From IMG/VR virus record IMGVR_UViG_3300023171_000012: a stretch of 64,000 bases of DNA; one strand, 5' to 3'. Position numbers and translations under genes: made by a program. The DNA comes from an uncultured virus (IMG/VR IMGVR_UViG_3300023171_000012). Taxonomy: Duplodnaviria; Heunggongvirae; Uroviricota; Caudoviricetes. Each line of letters begins with the position of its first letter. Positions within the stretch are counted from its first letter, which is position 1. The notes beneath the pieces are model-generated. The model saw nothing but the letters and a program-made list of their open reading frames with translations. It did no database searches and was not told the origin of the DNA. This document shows positions 1 through 9,174 of the stretch, in pieces.

Positions 1-1
1 T

Positions 2-3000
2 CCTTCGTATTACACCACGCTGAAGGCCACTGTTGGTGATGACATCGCCGGGCGTTTCTCGCAATACGTGTTTGCCGACGAGTCGGTGGATCGGTCCATG
101 CCCGAGCTGGACAGTCTCTACGTCCTCGTCAAACGTAGGTATCTTCAGAAGACCCGCACCCGGCAATTCTACGATGATGATCTCGATTCCGACATCACGG
201 AAGCGGTCACTGTCATCGAAGCGGGAACCGGATCTTCGAGTTCCTCCGCAGGCAGTGTGACCGAGATCCAGCCCGTCAACATCTGGCACGATCTCCAGAT
301 CACCAAAACAGTCGTTGGGTTCAGCACGATCAAGACTCTCCCGATCCTCATCAAGGACATCCCCTACCAGTTCCCGAAACTTCTCAAAGGAGCCATCTGG
401 ACAGGTATCTCGGTCTATGCGGACAGCGACACCGCCGCCACCTCCTACGCTGAGTCGTGGTACATCTACTGGGACATCGCCCAGCCGACGCAAGGACCGT
501 TCGAAGCCCGGGTGCGGCGTTTCCTCGTTGCCAACCCCGACTCTCTCCGCACCACCTACCCGATCCAGACCATCGTCACCAAGGACGAGACAATCGGTCA
601 GGCCCGGGGATATTGGATCGCCAGCAGCAAGGGTAACACCACCTACGCCCGGGCGGAACAGATCGTCGTACCCGAGTCGATCCATGGTGAGATCACCATC
701 CAGAATTCCAATCTGATCGGAGCCATCGGCCAATCCACGGACAAGCTTCCTGCCAGCCCGGGCTTCGCTGCCTTTTCCGCTCTGACAGAGATGAACATCG
801 GCTATGAAAGTTCGAAGACCCGCTACGGCTTGTATTTGGTAGAAGTGACCCAGCTCAATCTCTCGGGAGTTTACAACGGCGTGAAGGTTCCCTTCGGTTC
901 TGAAAACCCTGGAACTTCGGGAGTCGGAGACACGTCAACCGCGATTGAACCGCCGCCAACACCCACTGCCACGATCACTTCCAACAACCGGACCATCTCC
1001 GGGGTGGCGAGTGCTGGTAACACCGAAGTCCGCGCTACCGCTGGAGGTGTTGAGATCGGCCGCGTGATGGCGAACGTCACGACCGGAGCCTACTCGATGC
1101 CACTCACCACGCCGTATTTGCGGGATGTGACTGAAATCGTGGTAATGTCCCGTCGCAGCGGTGCTGAATCCCTTCCACAGAAGCTTTTCTCATTCGACCT
1201 TGCCCCGCTCGCTCCATCGGCAACCATCACGACCGATCTCACCACGGTGAGCGGCAAGACCGAGCCAGGAGCCATCGTGAACATCCTGAAAAATGGATCT
1301 TATCAGGTGGAGACGGCAACGGTGGTTGAGTTCAACTACCAGGTGGAGACTCTGACGTTCGTCGGTCCGATCACAGCGGATGGACTGGTGGACATCAAGT
1401 TCACCTCGGCCACGACAGGTTCGCCAATCACAGTTCAAATTTCTGCCGTCATGGGGGATTCTGATGAAACCTTGGCTCAGAAGGGCGCGATTGCCCTGAT
1501 CGCGGATTCGACGATCAATGCCAACTGGCAGGTCATGTGGCTGGTTGGCAATACCGTGCTGGCCCGCGTGCGGGTTCCTGCGGCCGACGACGCCACAGCG
1601 GAGATGGAGATCCTCGACCCGAACGTCACTGGTATCACTCCGGCGGTCTCCGCCGACACGGTTCCCGGCGATCCCGTGACGATCACCACAGCAGGCAACG
1701 CCATGATTGTGGTGACGGAGAACAACATCGCCGGAGCACCAATCTACTTCGCCGTGGCGTTCGGGGATGACCCGGATGCGATTGCAGCGAAGGCGGAAGC
1801 CGCACTGGATGCGTCCACCATCAACAATCGCTTCGTTGCCTCCAGTGCGACAAACACCTTCGCCCTCACCGCGAGAACCCTCGGCCCGAATGATCCGAGC
1901 CTGAACATCGCGCTCTCGAATTACACCTGTGAAGGTCTGGTGGACGCCCCAAATTCCGTCCAGACCACACCAGGAGGAACTCCAGCCACCGTCATTGCGA
2001 ATGCCGACGGCGTGTATTCCTATCCGTTCTCTCCTCCGTTATACGGCGGATTGCCCGTCCCAGATTCACTTACCATCACGGCTACCGATGATGGTGGCAC
2101 ATCACCTGCCACGGTGGTCACGGCATCCAATACTCCTCCGACGATCTCAAGTGCATCTTTCCCCGGTGGCGACTATGACACGATCACCGGATCGGCTTCA
2201 CCGGCAAGCGTGGTGCGTGCCTACGTGAACAACGCACAGGTCGGCAGCGCGGTCACGAGCGGTGGCGGAACCTACAACATCACCCTCTCATCCAACCTCA
2301 TCAATCATGAGTATGTGGAGGTATTTGCCACCGATCCGGTCACTCCCACTGTCCGTTCCGCCTCCATTTTCATCTATGCAGCGGAACTCGATCTCGAAGT
2401 CCCGACCTACGAGCAGAGCGACTCACTCGGCTATTTCGGAACGGCCCCGGTGGGTGCGACCCACATCAAGCTGCGGAATCCAGGCGGATCTCTTACGGAC
2501 ATCCCGATCCTGATGCCTTCCCGCAATTTCTCGTTCTTCATCACTGGACAGAACGGCGAGGACTACCAGTTGTTCGCCCGGTATGCAGTCGGGGATTCGG
2601 ATTTCAGAATTATCTCGGCTCCATTGGTGGAACTGGAACCACCAACGATTGAAATCTTCGACAGATCGCGCAACGTGGTTCTTACGACGGAAGGTTCTTT
2701 CCAACGCTACCGTGCTCAAACGACGGCCCGGGACGGCTACCTGATGTATGTAACACCATCGGTTGGAACGACGCTGGCCCAAACACTCATCAGCTTCCCC
2801 GGCCAAGCCCCAGCTCCCTACGTCCCATCAGACAACAAGCTCTACCCTTACGCGGTAGGTGCTCCAAAGCCCACTGGAGCGGGAATCGTGGACGCTACAT
2901 GGAGAGGCCCGATGATGTATCTCAACAATGGACCTCCGGGCACGACCAACGCCCAGTTGAAGACCATCTTCCTCGCCCAGCTCCCGACGGTCATGCAGGT

Positions 3001-3097
3001 GACATGCACGGCGACGGATGGCAGACAAGCGAGCCGGACTTTCGACCGCGCCGAGTATCTGGAGCAATACGACCTTCCAAATGGAATTTATGGATGA
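2..3097 (+). CDS. Large virion surface/tail protein with Ig-like (Big-type) repeats, 5' truncated by window edge
   Basis: Frame is open from base 2. T/S/A/G/V-rich beta repeats of the type TISGxAxxGxxV...GxY/FSxxL occur several times. Confidence 0.7.
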   Translation, partial: PSYYTTLKATVGDDIAGRFSQYVFADESVDRSMPELDSLYVLVKRRYLQKTRTRQFYDDDLDSDITEAVTVIEAGTGSSSSSAGSVTEIQPVNIWHDLQITKTVVGFSTIKTLPILIKDIPYQFPKLLKGAIWTGISVYADSDTAATSYAESWYIYWDIAQPTQGPFEARVRRFLVANPDSLRTTYPIQTIVTKDETIGQARGYWIASSKGNTTYARAEQIVVPESIHGEITIQNSNLIGAIGQSTDKLPASPGFAAFSALTEMNIGYESSKTRYGLYLVEVTQLNLSGVYNGVKVPFGSENPGTSGVGDTSTAIEPPPTPTATITSNNRTISGVASAGNTEVRATAGGVEIGRVMANVTTGAYSMPLTTPYLRDVTEIVVMSRRSGAESLPQKLFSFDLAPLAPSATITTDLTTVSGKTEPGAIVNILKNGSYQVETATVVEFNYQVETLTFVGPITADGLVDIKFTSATTGSPITVQISAVMGDSDETLAQKGAIALIADSTINANWQVMWLVGNTVLARVRVPAADDATAEMEILDPNVTGITPAVSADTVPGDPVTITTAGNAMIVVTENNIAGAPIYFAVAFGDDPDAIAAKAEAALDASTINNRFVASSATNTFALTARTLGPNDPSLNIALSNYTCEGLVDAPNSVQTTPGGTPATVIANADGVYSYPFSPPLYGGLPVPDSLTITATDDGGTSPATVVTASNTPPTISSASFPGGDYDTITGSASPASVVRAYVNNAQVGSAVTSGGGTYNITLSSNLINHEYVEVFATDPVTPTVRSASIFIYAAELDLEVPTYEQSDSLGYFGTAPVGATHIKLRNPGGSLTDIPILMPSRNFSFFITGQNGEDYQLFARYAVGDSDFRIISAPLVELEPPTIEIFDRSRNVVLTTEGSFQRYRAQTTARDGYLMYVTPSVGTTLAQTLISFPGQAPAPYVPSDNKLYPYAVGAPKPTGAGIVDATWRGPMMYLNNGPPGTTNAQLKTIFLAQLPTVMQVTCTATDGRQASRTFDRAEYLEQYDLPNGIYG

Positions 3098-3371
3098 GTT
3101 CTTCCAGCCCATCCCGATCTACCAGCCTCGGGTGATGGCCGCGTCTTCCCTTGGGAAGATGGTGCCCCAAAGCACCGACCGTCCTCGGTTCACGCCGGAC
3201 ACCTCCCGCGTGTGTGACGTGCGCGAGGCTCGCGGTGGTGAAGGCTCTTTCACGTTCAAGGACTGCGACGGGAACGAGACCGGCAAGCTCGAATGGAAAA
3301 ATGGTCTGGTCACGAGCACGGGAGACAAAGACATCGAAGGCGGTTGCGACGGCAATTCGTCGTCAATATGA
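3090..3371 (+). CDS. Hypothetical protein (93 aa), probably structural
   Basis: ATG overlaps the upstream stop region; its stop overlaps the next ATG (ATGA). Confidence 0.6.
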   Translation: MDEFFQPIPIYQPRVMAASSLGKMVPQSTDRPRFTPDTSRVCDVREARGGEGSFTFKDCDGNETGKLEWKNGLVTSTGDKDIEGGCDGNSSSI

Positions 3372-4042
3372 AGAGCGTCGTAATCGTCCAGGACCATATG
3401 GGCTACACCCAGCGGGTCTTGGCTCTCAAGGCGGCGCATCCGAACGTGATAGCCGTCACGCCGTGGGACAAACCGCACCCGCATTGTCTGTCGTTCCGAC
3501 CGCCGGAGGAGTGGCTTCCGTCCTTCCCGGATATGTCGTTCAAACGGAAGTGCTACTACAAGGCTGATTCCATGGGGTTGGCCGCACTTCTCCAACACGC
3601 CCCGCCAGCGGATTATTACTGGTTCATCGAATCAGACGTGGTGGCTTCGCAGGAACGGTGGAAAGCCTTTTTTGCCGACCATGAGAACAACCCGGCCGAC
3701 TGCCTCTGTGGCTCTCTCCGCATGCGGCACAACACCCTCGACAACGACTGGTGGCGGCATGAAGGAACCCCGGCGTGGACTGACTGCTATTTCATCATGG
3801 CAGTCTATCGTCTCAGCGCGGCGGCGGTGCGAGCGTGCATCGCGGCATCCGTGGAGATGCGTAACTGCTTTTGCGAGTTGACCATAGGCAGTGTGACCCG
3901 ACGGGCCGGGCTGACCGTCGGCAGCGTGAACGAGAGGCAGACCCACTGGAATACACAGACCTTCAAGGCCACCCCCGGGAAGGTGATTCTCAACCGGGAT
4001 CTGATAAATCACCCGGTGAAAAAGAATTCCTACGATATTTGA
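3368..4042 (+). CDS. Putative GT-A fold glycosyltransferase (DUF3405-like)
   Basis: YYWFIESDV (ExD) motif and late HPVK motif; ATGA-coupled start. Confidence 0.55.
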   Translation: MKSVVIVQDHMGYTQRVLALKAAHPNVIAVTPWDKPHPHCLSFRPPEEWLPSFPDMSFKRKCYYKADSMGLAALLQHAPPADYYWFIESDVVASQERWKAFFADHENNPADCLCGSLRMRHNTLDNDWWRHEGTPAWTDCYFIMAVYRLSAAAVRACIAASVEMRNCFCELTIGSVTRRAGLTVGSVNERQTHWNTQTFKATPGKVILNRDLINHPVKKNSYDI

Positions 4043-4071
4043 TTGACTAGTTCCTACAATCTTACAAGTCT
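4043..4071 (+). promoter_or_regulatory. Sigma70-like promoter containing the CCTACAATCTTACAAG operator-like motif
   Basis: TTGACT-N17-AAGTCT with the recurring motif in the spacer; ATG at 4082. Confidence 0.5.
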
Positions 4072-4081
4072 GTCGGGGCAC

Positions 4082-4393
4082 ATGAAAACATACGATATTG
4101 AATACGACTTCACGTCGATAGCAGTGGTGGAGATTGATGAGATTGCGTCAGCCGAACCAATCAAAGAAATGGTTGAGTTTTGGTCCGGGTGGGAGGATGC
4201 AGTTGAAGCCAACAATGGCGACTACACTCAGACATGGCTTAAAAACCTTGCCAAGTTTATCATCCGCAATGGGCGACCTCCCAATGATGAAGAAAATTGG
4301 GTTCCTCTGGATGGGAATCATGGTATCAGCCTTAAAACGTGGGAAGCATGGTTCCCTGAGGATGAAGCTATTGACATCAGGGCGCGTCAATGA
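4082..4393 (+). CDS. Small phage protein, DUF2528-like (moron-like insertion)
   Basis: Lower GC, own promoter, Y.IEYD...VEID...FWSG pattern. Confidence 0.55.
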   Translation: MKTYDIEYDFTSIAVVEIDEIASAEPIKEMVEFWSGWEDAVEANNGDYTQTWLKNLAKFIIRNGRPPNDEENWVPLDGNHGISLKTWEAWFPEDEAIDIRARQ

Positions 4394-5754
4394 AACTGGC
4401 TATTCATACCCTGCGCTGGGGAAACCCCGACTGGCTCCAACTGTGCGCCCCGACGCTGGACGCATGGTGCGCCCGCCACGAGCTGCCGCTCACCATCTGG
4501 GACGACACGGATCGCGGTTATCCGTCGATCAAGTTCGTGGAAAAAGACATCCTCGAAGCTTTCCTCGCATCAGACGCGACCCACTGCGTCTATATTGACG
4601 CAGATGTGAAGGTCCACCCGATGGCACCAATGCCGGAATTCGGAGAAGGGTTCCACGCGACAACAGACGCCCCACATATCAAATGGATTCCCCGCTGGAG
4701 GGAATGGTGTGAGCAGACCTTCGGAGAAACACCCAATATCAAATTCCTGTACCGGAATGCCGGTGTATGGGCCTGCGACAGAGCGTCGGCCGAGATCTTC
4801 CTGAAGTTCTTCCAGCCGCCGTTCCATGCCAAGGTCCAGGAGCAGCACCATTTCAATTACTCGCTGTCGAAGGCGGTAGATGCTGGAATGATGCTGAAGG
4901 ATCTCGACAGCATGTGGAACCGCCACGCCGGAGACCTTCAGCCCGCGTGGTTCTTCCACCTGTTCGGCACCAAGAAATTCGAGCAGCTCGAAAGGTTTGA
5001 GAAAGCCTTCCTGATCCCCCATCGCCCGGAGCCGTTCGTCGAGCTTCCACCGCCGTCCCTGAAACGGGCCATTGTGTATCCATGGAAGGATGACGAGGTG
5101 AAATGGCAGGAACTCCGGTATTCCCTCCGCTCGGTGGAGAAGTTCTTCGAGCCGGACATCCCGATTCTGATCTTCGGAACACGCAGGCCACCTTGGCTGA
5201 TGCACCATCCCCGGGTCACGTTCTATGACTGCTGGACCTACACCGACGCCATCACCCGTGGGTGCCAGGCAGCGGAAGAAGTGCTGTGGATGAATGATGA
5301 CATCCTGTTCCTCAAGCCCACGACATGGGCGGACTGCGCGGTGCCGCGCTACCTACGTCCGGTGAAAGAAGACTTTCTGGTGCAGATCGACCCGCCGACG
5401 AATCCATGGCAGGTTGGCGTCCTCCGTGCTCTGGCGGATCTCCAGCACTACGGTTGCAAGGAACTGCTGATCTACTCCACGCACACTCCCTACGTCTATC
5501 CCCGGGAGCAGGCGTTGCAGTGCTTCCGCCAGTTTGGGGTGTGGCCGAAGATCCCGCTGGAGCTGATCCTGTTCAATCTCTACGCCATCGACGCGGTGAA
5601 GATCACCGACGAGCGTGCGCTTGGCCTACCCTTTGGCAACGCCCGGTTCCTGAACTACCGCAACGAATCTCTCACTTCCGAATTGAAAGAAGCCATCAAA
5701 ACCCTGTTCCCGGAGTTCGCTCCGTGGGAACTGAAACTCGCATTTGAATCCTAA
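4390..5754 (+). CDS. Two-domain glycosyltransferase: GT-A domain plus Stealth-like sugar-phosphotransferase domain
   Basis: N-half has YIDAD, NAGV and EQ motifs; C-half has ELRYSLRS, WMNDD and THTP motifs typical of Stealth proteins. Confidence 0.75.
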   Translation: MKLAIHTLRWGNPDWLQLCAPTLDAWCARHELPLTIWDDTDRGYPSIKFVEKDILEAFLASDATHCVYIDADVKVHPMAPMPEFGEGFHATTDAPHIKWIPRWREWCEQTFGETPNIKFLYRNAGVWACDRASAEIFLKFFQPPFHAKVQEQHHFNYSLSKAVDAGMMLKDLDSMWNRHAGDLQPAWFFHLFGTKKFEQLERFEKAFLIPHRPEPFVELPPPSLKRAIVYPWKDDEVKWQELRYSLRSVEKFFEPDIPILIFGTRRPPWLMHHPRVTFYDCWTYTDAITRGCQAAEEVLWMNDDILFLKPTTWADCAVPRYLRPVKEDFLVQIDPPTNPWQVGVLRALADLQHYGCKELLIYSTHTPYVYPREQALQCFRQFGVWPKIPLELILFNLYAIDAVKITDERALGLPFGNARFLNYRNESLTSELKEAIKTLFPEFAPWELKLAFES

Positions 5755-5992
5755 CATTATGGAAACCGAAACCATCGACAAACTGTTCCTTGAACTTTCA
5801 CAAGTCACCAAGGCAAAGACCGCCCGAGAATTGGAACTGGAGGACTTGCTTACTTCCGCACACGCCATCGCTATTCGGAAAGGCGAAGAGACTTCTTGGT
5901 CTCGTTTCGAAGCGCGACTGACTGCTGCGGGAATCGGTCGTATCACCCCCAAGACTTTTCGAATTCTCCCAGGAGACGAACTCGACACTTGA
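5744..5992 (+). CDS. Hypothetical protein
   Basis: Fills the operon; 82-aa ORF. Confidence 0.55.
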   Translation: MNPNIMETETIDKLFLELSQVTKAKTARELELEDLLTSAHAIAIRKGEETSWSRFEARLTAAGIGRITPKTFRILPGDELDT

Positions 5993-5995
5993 ATC

Positions 5996-6364
5996 ATGAT
6001 AACACTAATCAGCAGACTTATAGCCTCCTTCACCAAAGAGGAAGAAGCACCCGAAACCGGAGAACGGAGATTCAGGGTTTTACCCCACGGTGTTTCTTCT
6101 GAATACTATGTTCTTGAAGTATCACATGGAGGGAGGTGGAGGCGGGTAACTGAAACATATGTTTCCCCCTGCGAACACCATGAGCCGATAAGAGATCAAC
6201 CAGTTTTGGGGTATTTTACGAAGGCACAACGTCTGGCGGTCGAATACAAAAATAACCCGAAAGCCTATGAGGATTTTGTCAAATGGCAGGATGAGAGATA
6301 CGAAAAAGCCATGGCCAAATGGAGAGCTTACATGAATCGGAAACGCGAGTATTTCGAAGCATGA
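5996..6364 (+). CDS. Hypothetical protein ending in YFEA
   Basis: 122-aa ORF, stop coupled to next ATG. Confidence 0.55.
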   Translation: MITLISRLIASFTKEEEAPETGERRFRVLPHGVSSEYYVLEVSHGGRWRRVTETYVSPCEHHEPIRDQPVLGYFTKAQRLAVEYKNNPKAYEDFVKWQDERYEKAMAKWRAYMNRKREYFEA

Positions 6365-7164
6365 CCACCATTCCACCACGTCCCGACCGTCCGGCATACG
6401 AGAAAACCGTCGTCATGGAACTCACTGGTGGTGGACTCGGCAACCAGATGTTCCAGTTCGCCTTTGGCCTCGCTGTCGCCCGTGCGCTCAATGCGCCGTA
6501 TGAGTGGGTCCGTGGCCCCCATCGTGTGGGCCGGGAGTTCGGACTGGGCATGTTTGGAATCGAGGAACAGCAATTCTACATGCCGCAGACGGTTTATCAG
6601 AATCCAGGCTGTGGCAACAGTCACGACCTCTATCGGACCATTCAGACTGTCCAAGAGTCTTCGCACATGCACTGCGGAATCCGAGGTCATTTCCAACGGG
6701 AGGAGTGCTTCGCATCCGTGAATGTCGAGATCCGTGATGCCATTTTCAAGATCGAACCAATCAAGCTGTTCCCGAATCAAGTGTCGTTGCAAATCCGGCG
6801 CGGTGACTACGTGGGCAGCAAGCTCTATGACGTGTGCGGGCCTCGGTATTACTGGGACGCGATCTCACATTTCAATGAGAAAGGAAGTCCCATGTTCGTG
6901 GTCGTCAGCGACGATCTCGAATGGTGCCGGAAGACATTCGCCGGATACCCGTATGTCCACGTCCCGGAGTCACAGACTGCGGAAGAGGGTCTTCGGCTGA
7001 TGGCGGGCAGCGAATCCCACATCATCTCAAACTCCACCTACGGATGGTGGGGAGCCTGGCTGTCAGGCGGCACCACGATTGTCCCGGATCGCTGGTTAAA
7101 CGGGAAATGGAAAGGGCACACATGGGACTGTGCGCCGGAACGATGGATCAGAATACCAACATGA
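6361..7164 (+). CDS. Glycosyltransferase family 11 (alpha-1,2-fucosyltransferase-like)
   Basis: GGLGNQMFQ, QIRRGDY, SDD and ISNSTYGWWGAWL motifs. Confidence 0.9.
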   Translation: MTTIPPRPDRPAYEKTVVMELTGGGLGNQMFQFAFGLAVARALNAPYEWVRGPHRVGREFGLGMFGIEEQQFYMPQTVYQNPGCGNSHDLYRTIQTVQESSHMHCGIRGHFQREECFASVNVEIRDAIFKIEPIKLFPNQVSLQIRRGDYVGSKLYDVCGPRYYWDAISHFNEKGSPMFVVVSDDLEWCRKTFAGYPYVHVPESQTAEEGLRLMAGSESHIISNSTYGWWGAWLSGGTTIVPDRWLNGKWKGHTWDCAPERWIRIPT

Positions 7165-7442
7165 CACTGAGCACTTTTTACATATTCAATACCTGCTATC
7201 TGCTTTTGCTGGGTATTCAAATCCTTGAGAAATGGTTGATAAAACAAGGGTATGGCCCTAAAGGCGCGAAGTCTCTGATCGACCGAGTTTTCGATGAATG
7301 CAAAGAGGCACCACTCCCACCCGCAATTATCGCCATGGCGTTCTTTTTGAGTCTCATCATCTCTTATATACTGTCTCCTATTGGAGTATTTCGCGAGATC
7401 TACCGAGTGGGGAACGTATTTTTCCCCAAGAAAGCACCATGA
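7161..7442 (+). CDS. Small membrane protein (two hydrophobic segments)
   Basis: ATGA-coupled at both ends; hydrophobic stretches. Confidence 0.5.
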   Translation: MTLSTFYIFNTCYLLLLGIQILEKWLIKQGYGPKGAKSLIDRVFDECKEAPLPPAIIAMAFFLSLIISYILSPIGVFREIYRVGNVFFPKKAP

Positions 7443-7666
7443 ACCTTGTTGAGCACGCCTTCAGAAATGGTGAGGGCCTTTCCATCCTTCGCTTCTACCG
7501 GCAGTCGAAATACTACGAAGGCACGAGGGGAGTGAAGTTCATTCGTTTCTGCATAAAAGTTGCATTACAGACCAGCAGACGCTGCCGATCTGAGCCGGAG
7601 ATCCGGGCGGAAGCCCTTGGCAGGGCTTGGCAGCTCAGAAAACTGATGCGAGAGCATCGCGGGTAA
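7439..7666 (+). CDS. Hypothetical basic protein
   Basis: ATGA-coupled start. Confidence 0.45.
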   Translation: MNLVEHAFRNGEGLSILRFYRQSKYYEGTRGVKFIRFCIKVALQTSRRCRSEPEIRAEALGRAWQLRKLMREHRG

Positions 7667-7717
7667 AGTCAATCTCTTTTCTCGACAACCTGACAGGTTC
7701 CGGGTAGCTTCAGCGGC

Positions 7718-8392
7718 ATGCCGACGGTTGTGTCGCTGAAGCGAACCCTTTTGAATCAAATCTCGCCTGGCCGAGAAGATGAATTCTTGCGTCTGCTCAC
7801 CGAGGCGGACATGAAAGTCCTGCAATGGGGCCGCTGGAGTTGGTGTAAAGCCCGTGCTGATCTCACCATTGTTGATGGCATTGTCACGCTTCCCAGCCAG
7901 TATGCCTCGATTCTCGGAGCACAGGTCAATGGCCACGCCAAGGACATCCGTGCGGAGGAGTTCGAATTCACACCCGATGGCATTGGTGACATCGACGTGG
8001 GCGGCTGTGGGCCGGTGCGCTTGGTTGACCAAGGCATTGATGACGCGGGACTTCGCCACTACAAAGTCACCGGAGTTCTGCCGGAAGACGTGATTCTCTC
8101 CGCAATTTTACACCGCAGTCCGGCCCTCCTCTACGATCCAGAGCAGGAGAACCCGGACCTCCCGGCGGATGCGGTTTCCGTTACCCGTTGCCCGGATGTC
8201 TCCGCGCTCAAACTCACGATGCTCTCGATCCTGATGGAGGAGTCTTCTGACCTCCAGCTTTCCAGCCAATATATGGCTACCGCTCTGAAGGCTCTCGACA
8301 ACAAGGAACAGGCAACCCGGGGTGGTGCCCGTCAGCAAATCAACCTCCGACCGAACGGACCGGGAGTCCGTGGAATCCGATCCTTCCGATAA
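7718..8392 (+). CDS. Putative head-tail adaptor / tail tubular protein
   Basis: About 220 aa, helical N-terminus then W.W...TLP pattern; precedes internal virion genes. Inferred from size and position. Confidence 0.5.
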   Translation: MPTVVSLKRTLLNQISPGREDEFLRLLTEADMKVLQWGRWSWCKARADLTIVDGIVTLPSQYASILGAQVNGHAKDIRAEEFEFTPDGIGDIDVGGCGPVRLVDQGIDDAGLRHYKVTGVLPEDVILSAILHRSPALLYDPEQENPDLPADAVSVTRCPDVSALKLTMLSILMEESSDLQLSSQYMATALKALDNKEQATRGGARQQINLRPNGPGVRGIRSFR

Positions 8393-8393
8393 T

Positions 8394-9170
8394 ATGGCAC
8401 GACTACTCGACAAATACGACGAAATGCAACGTCGTCCTTTCGGCACCAACACCGCCCTGAGCGATGGCAACCAGAATGGCGTCGGTGGCACCGCAGGCGG
8501 GCAGATGCGCCGTCAGGGTGAAGCCTATGGCCGCGCTCTCCGTCTCCTCAACCGTCAAGCCCGCCGTGGTGATGCCCGCTCCGCGCTGAGTGCCATCGCC
8601 GTGCGTGACGAGGCCAACGCCGCCGGATACTCTCCAGGTGGCATCGGTCGTCCCGACGAACGAAACGCGGGCATCCTTGGACGCCTCCGCAGCCAATCCC
8701 AAGCCGCCGGAGACGCGGAGCAGGCGAAAGCCCTCAACCGCACCGCTGCTGAAGAGAACCTCAACGCCGGACGGCCGAATGCGGGTCGCCCCATGGCTGG
8801 CAGGCCGATGGCCGGACGCCCCGATGGTGGAGCACCTGTACCCATCGAAGACACCGCCACCAGTGCGCTCTTCACCCCGCGTCAGACCCGCAACTACGCC
8901 GGACTCGACCTTCTCGAAGGTTCTCTCTCGGGAGATGCTTCACAGCAACTGGCTGGCTCCATCGACGCGAGGAACCTCGGCGTCACCAATCCGGGTTCCA
9001 TCTTCTCCGGCGATTCCACGCTGAAATACCGCCAGACCCTCGACAACACTCTCGGTGAAGCCACTTCCCCGGAGGAGATCGCCGCTCTTCGCGCTCGCGG
9101 CACCGCTTCCGGCATCACCCCGGAAGCCTTCGACCGTCGTGCCAAATGGTGGGAACGCAACCGTCGCTGA
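8394..9170 (+). CDS. Putative internal virion (ejection) protein with xAGRP repeats
   Basis: A/G/R-rich, located in the virion operon. Confidence 0.55.
   Translation: MARLLDKYDEMQRRPFGTNTALSDGNQNGVGGTAGGQMRRQGEAYGRALRLLNRQARRGDARSALSAIAVRDEANAAGYSPGGIGRPDERNAGILGRLRSQSQAAGDAEQAKALNRTAAEENLNAGRPNAGRPMAGRPMAGRPDGGAPVPIEDTATSALFTPRQTRNYAGLDLLEGSLSGDASQQLAGSIDARNLGVTNPGSIFSGDSTLKYRQTLDNTLGEATSPEEIAALRARGTASGITPEAFDRRAKWWERNRR
8763..8822 (+). repeat. Four tandem 15-bp units encoding (N/M)AGRP
   Basis: NAGRP NAGRP MAGRP MAGRP, with diverged codons. Confidence 0.8.
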
Positions 9171-9174
9171 TAAC

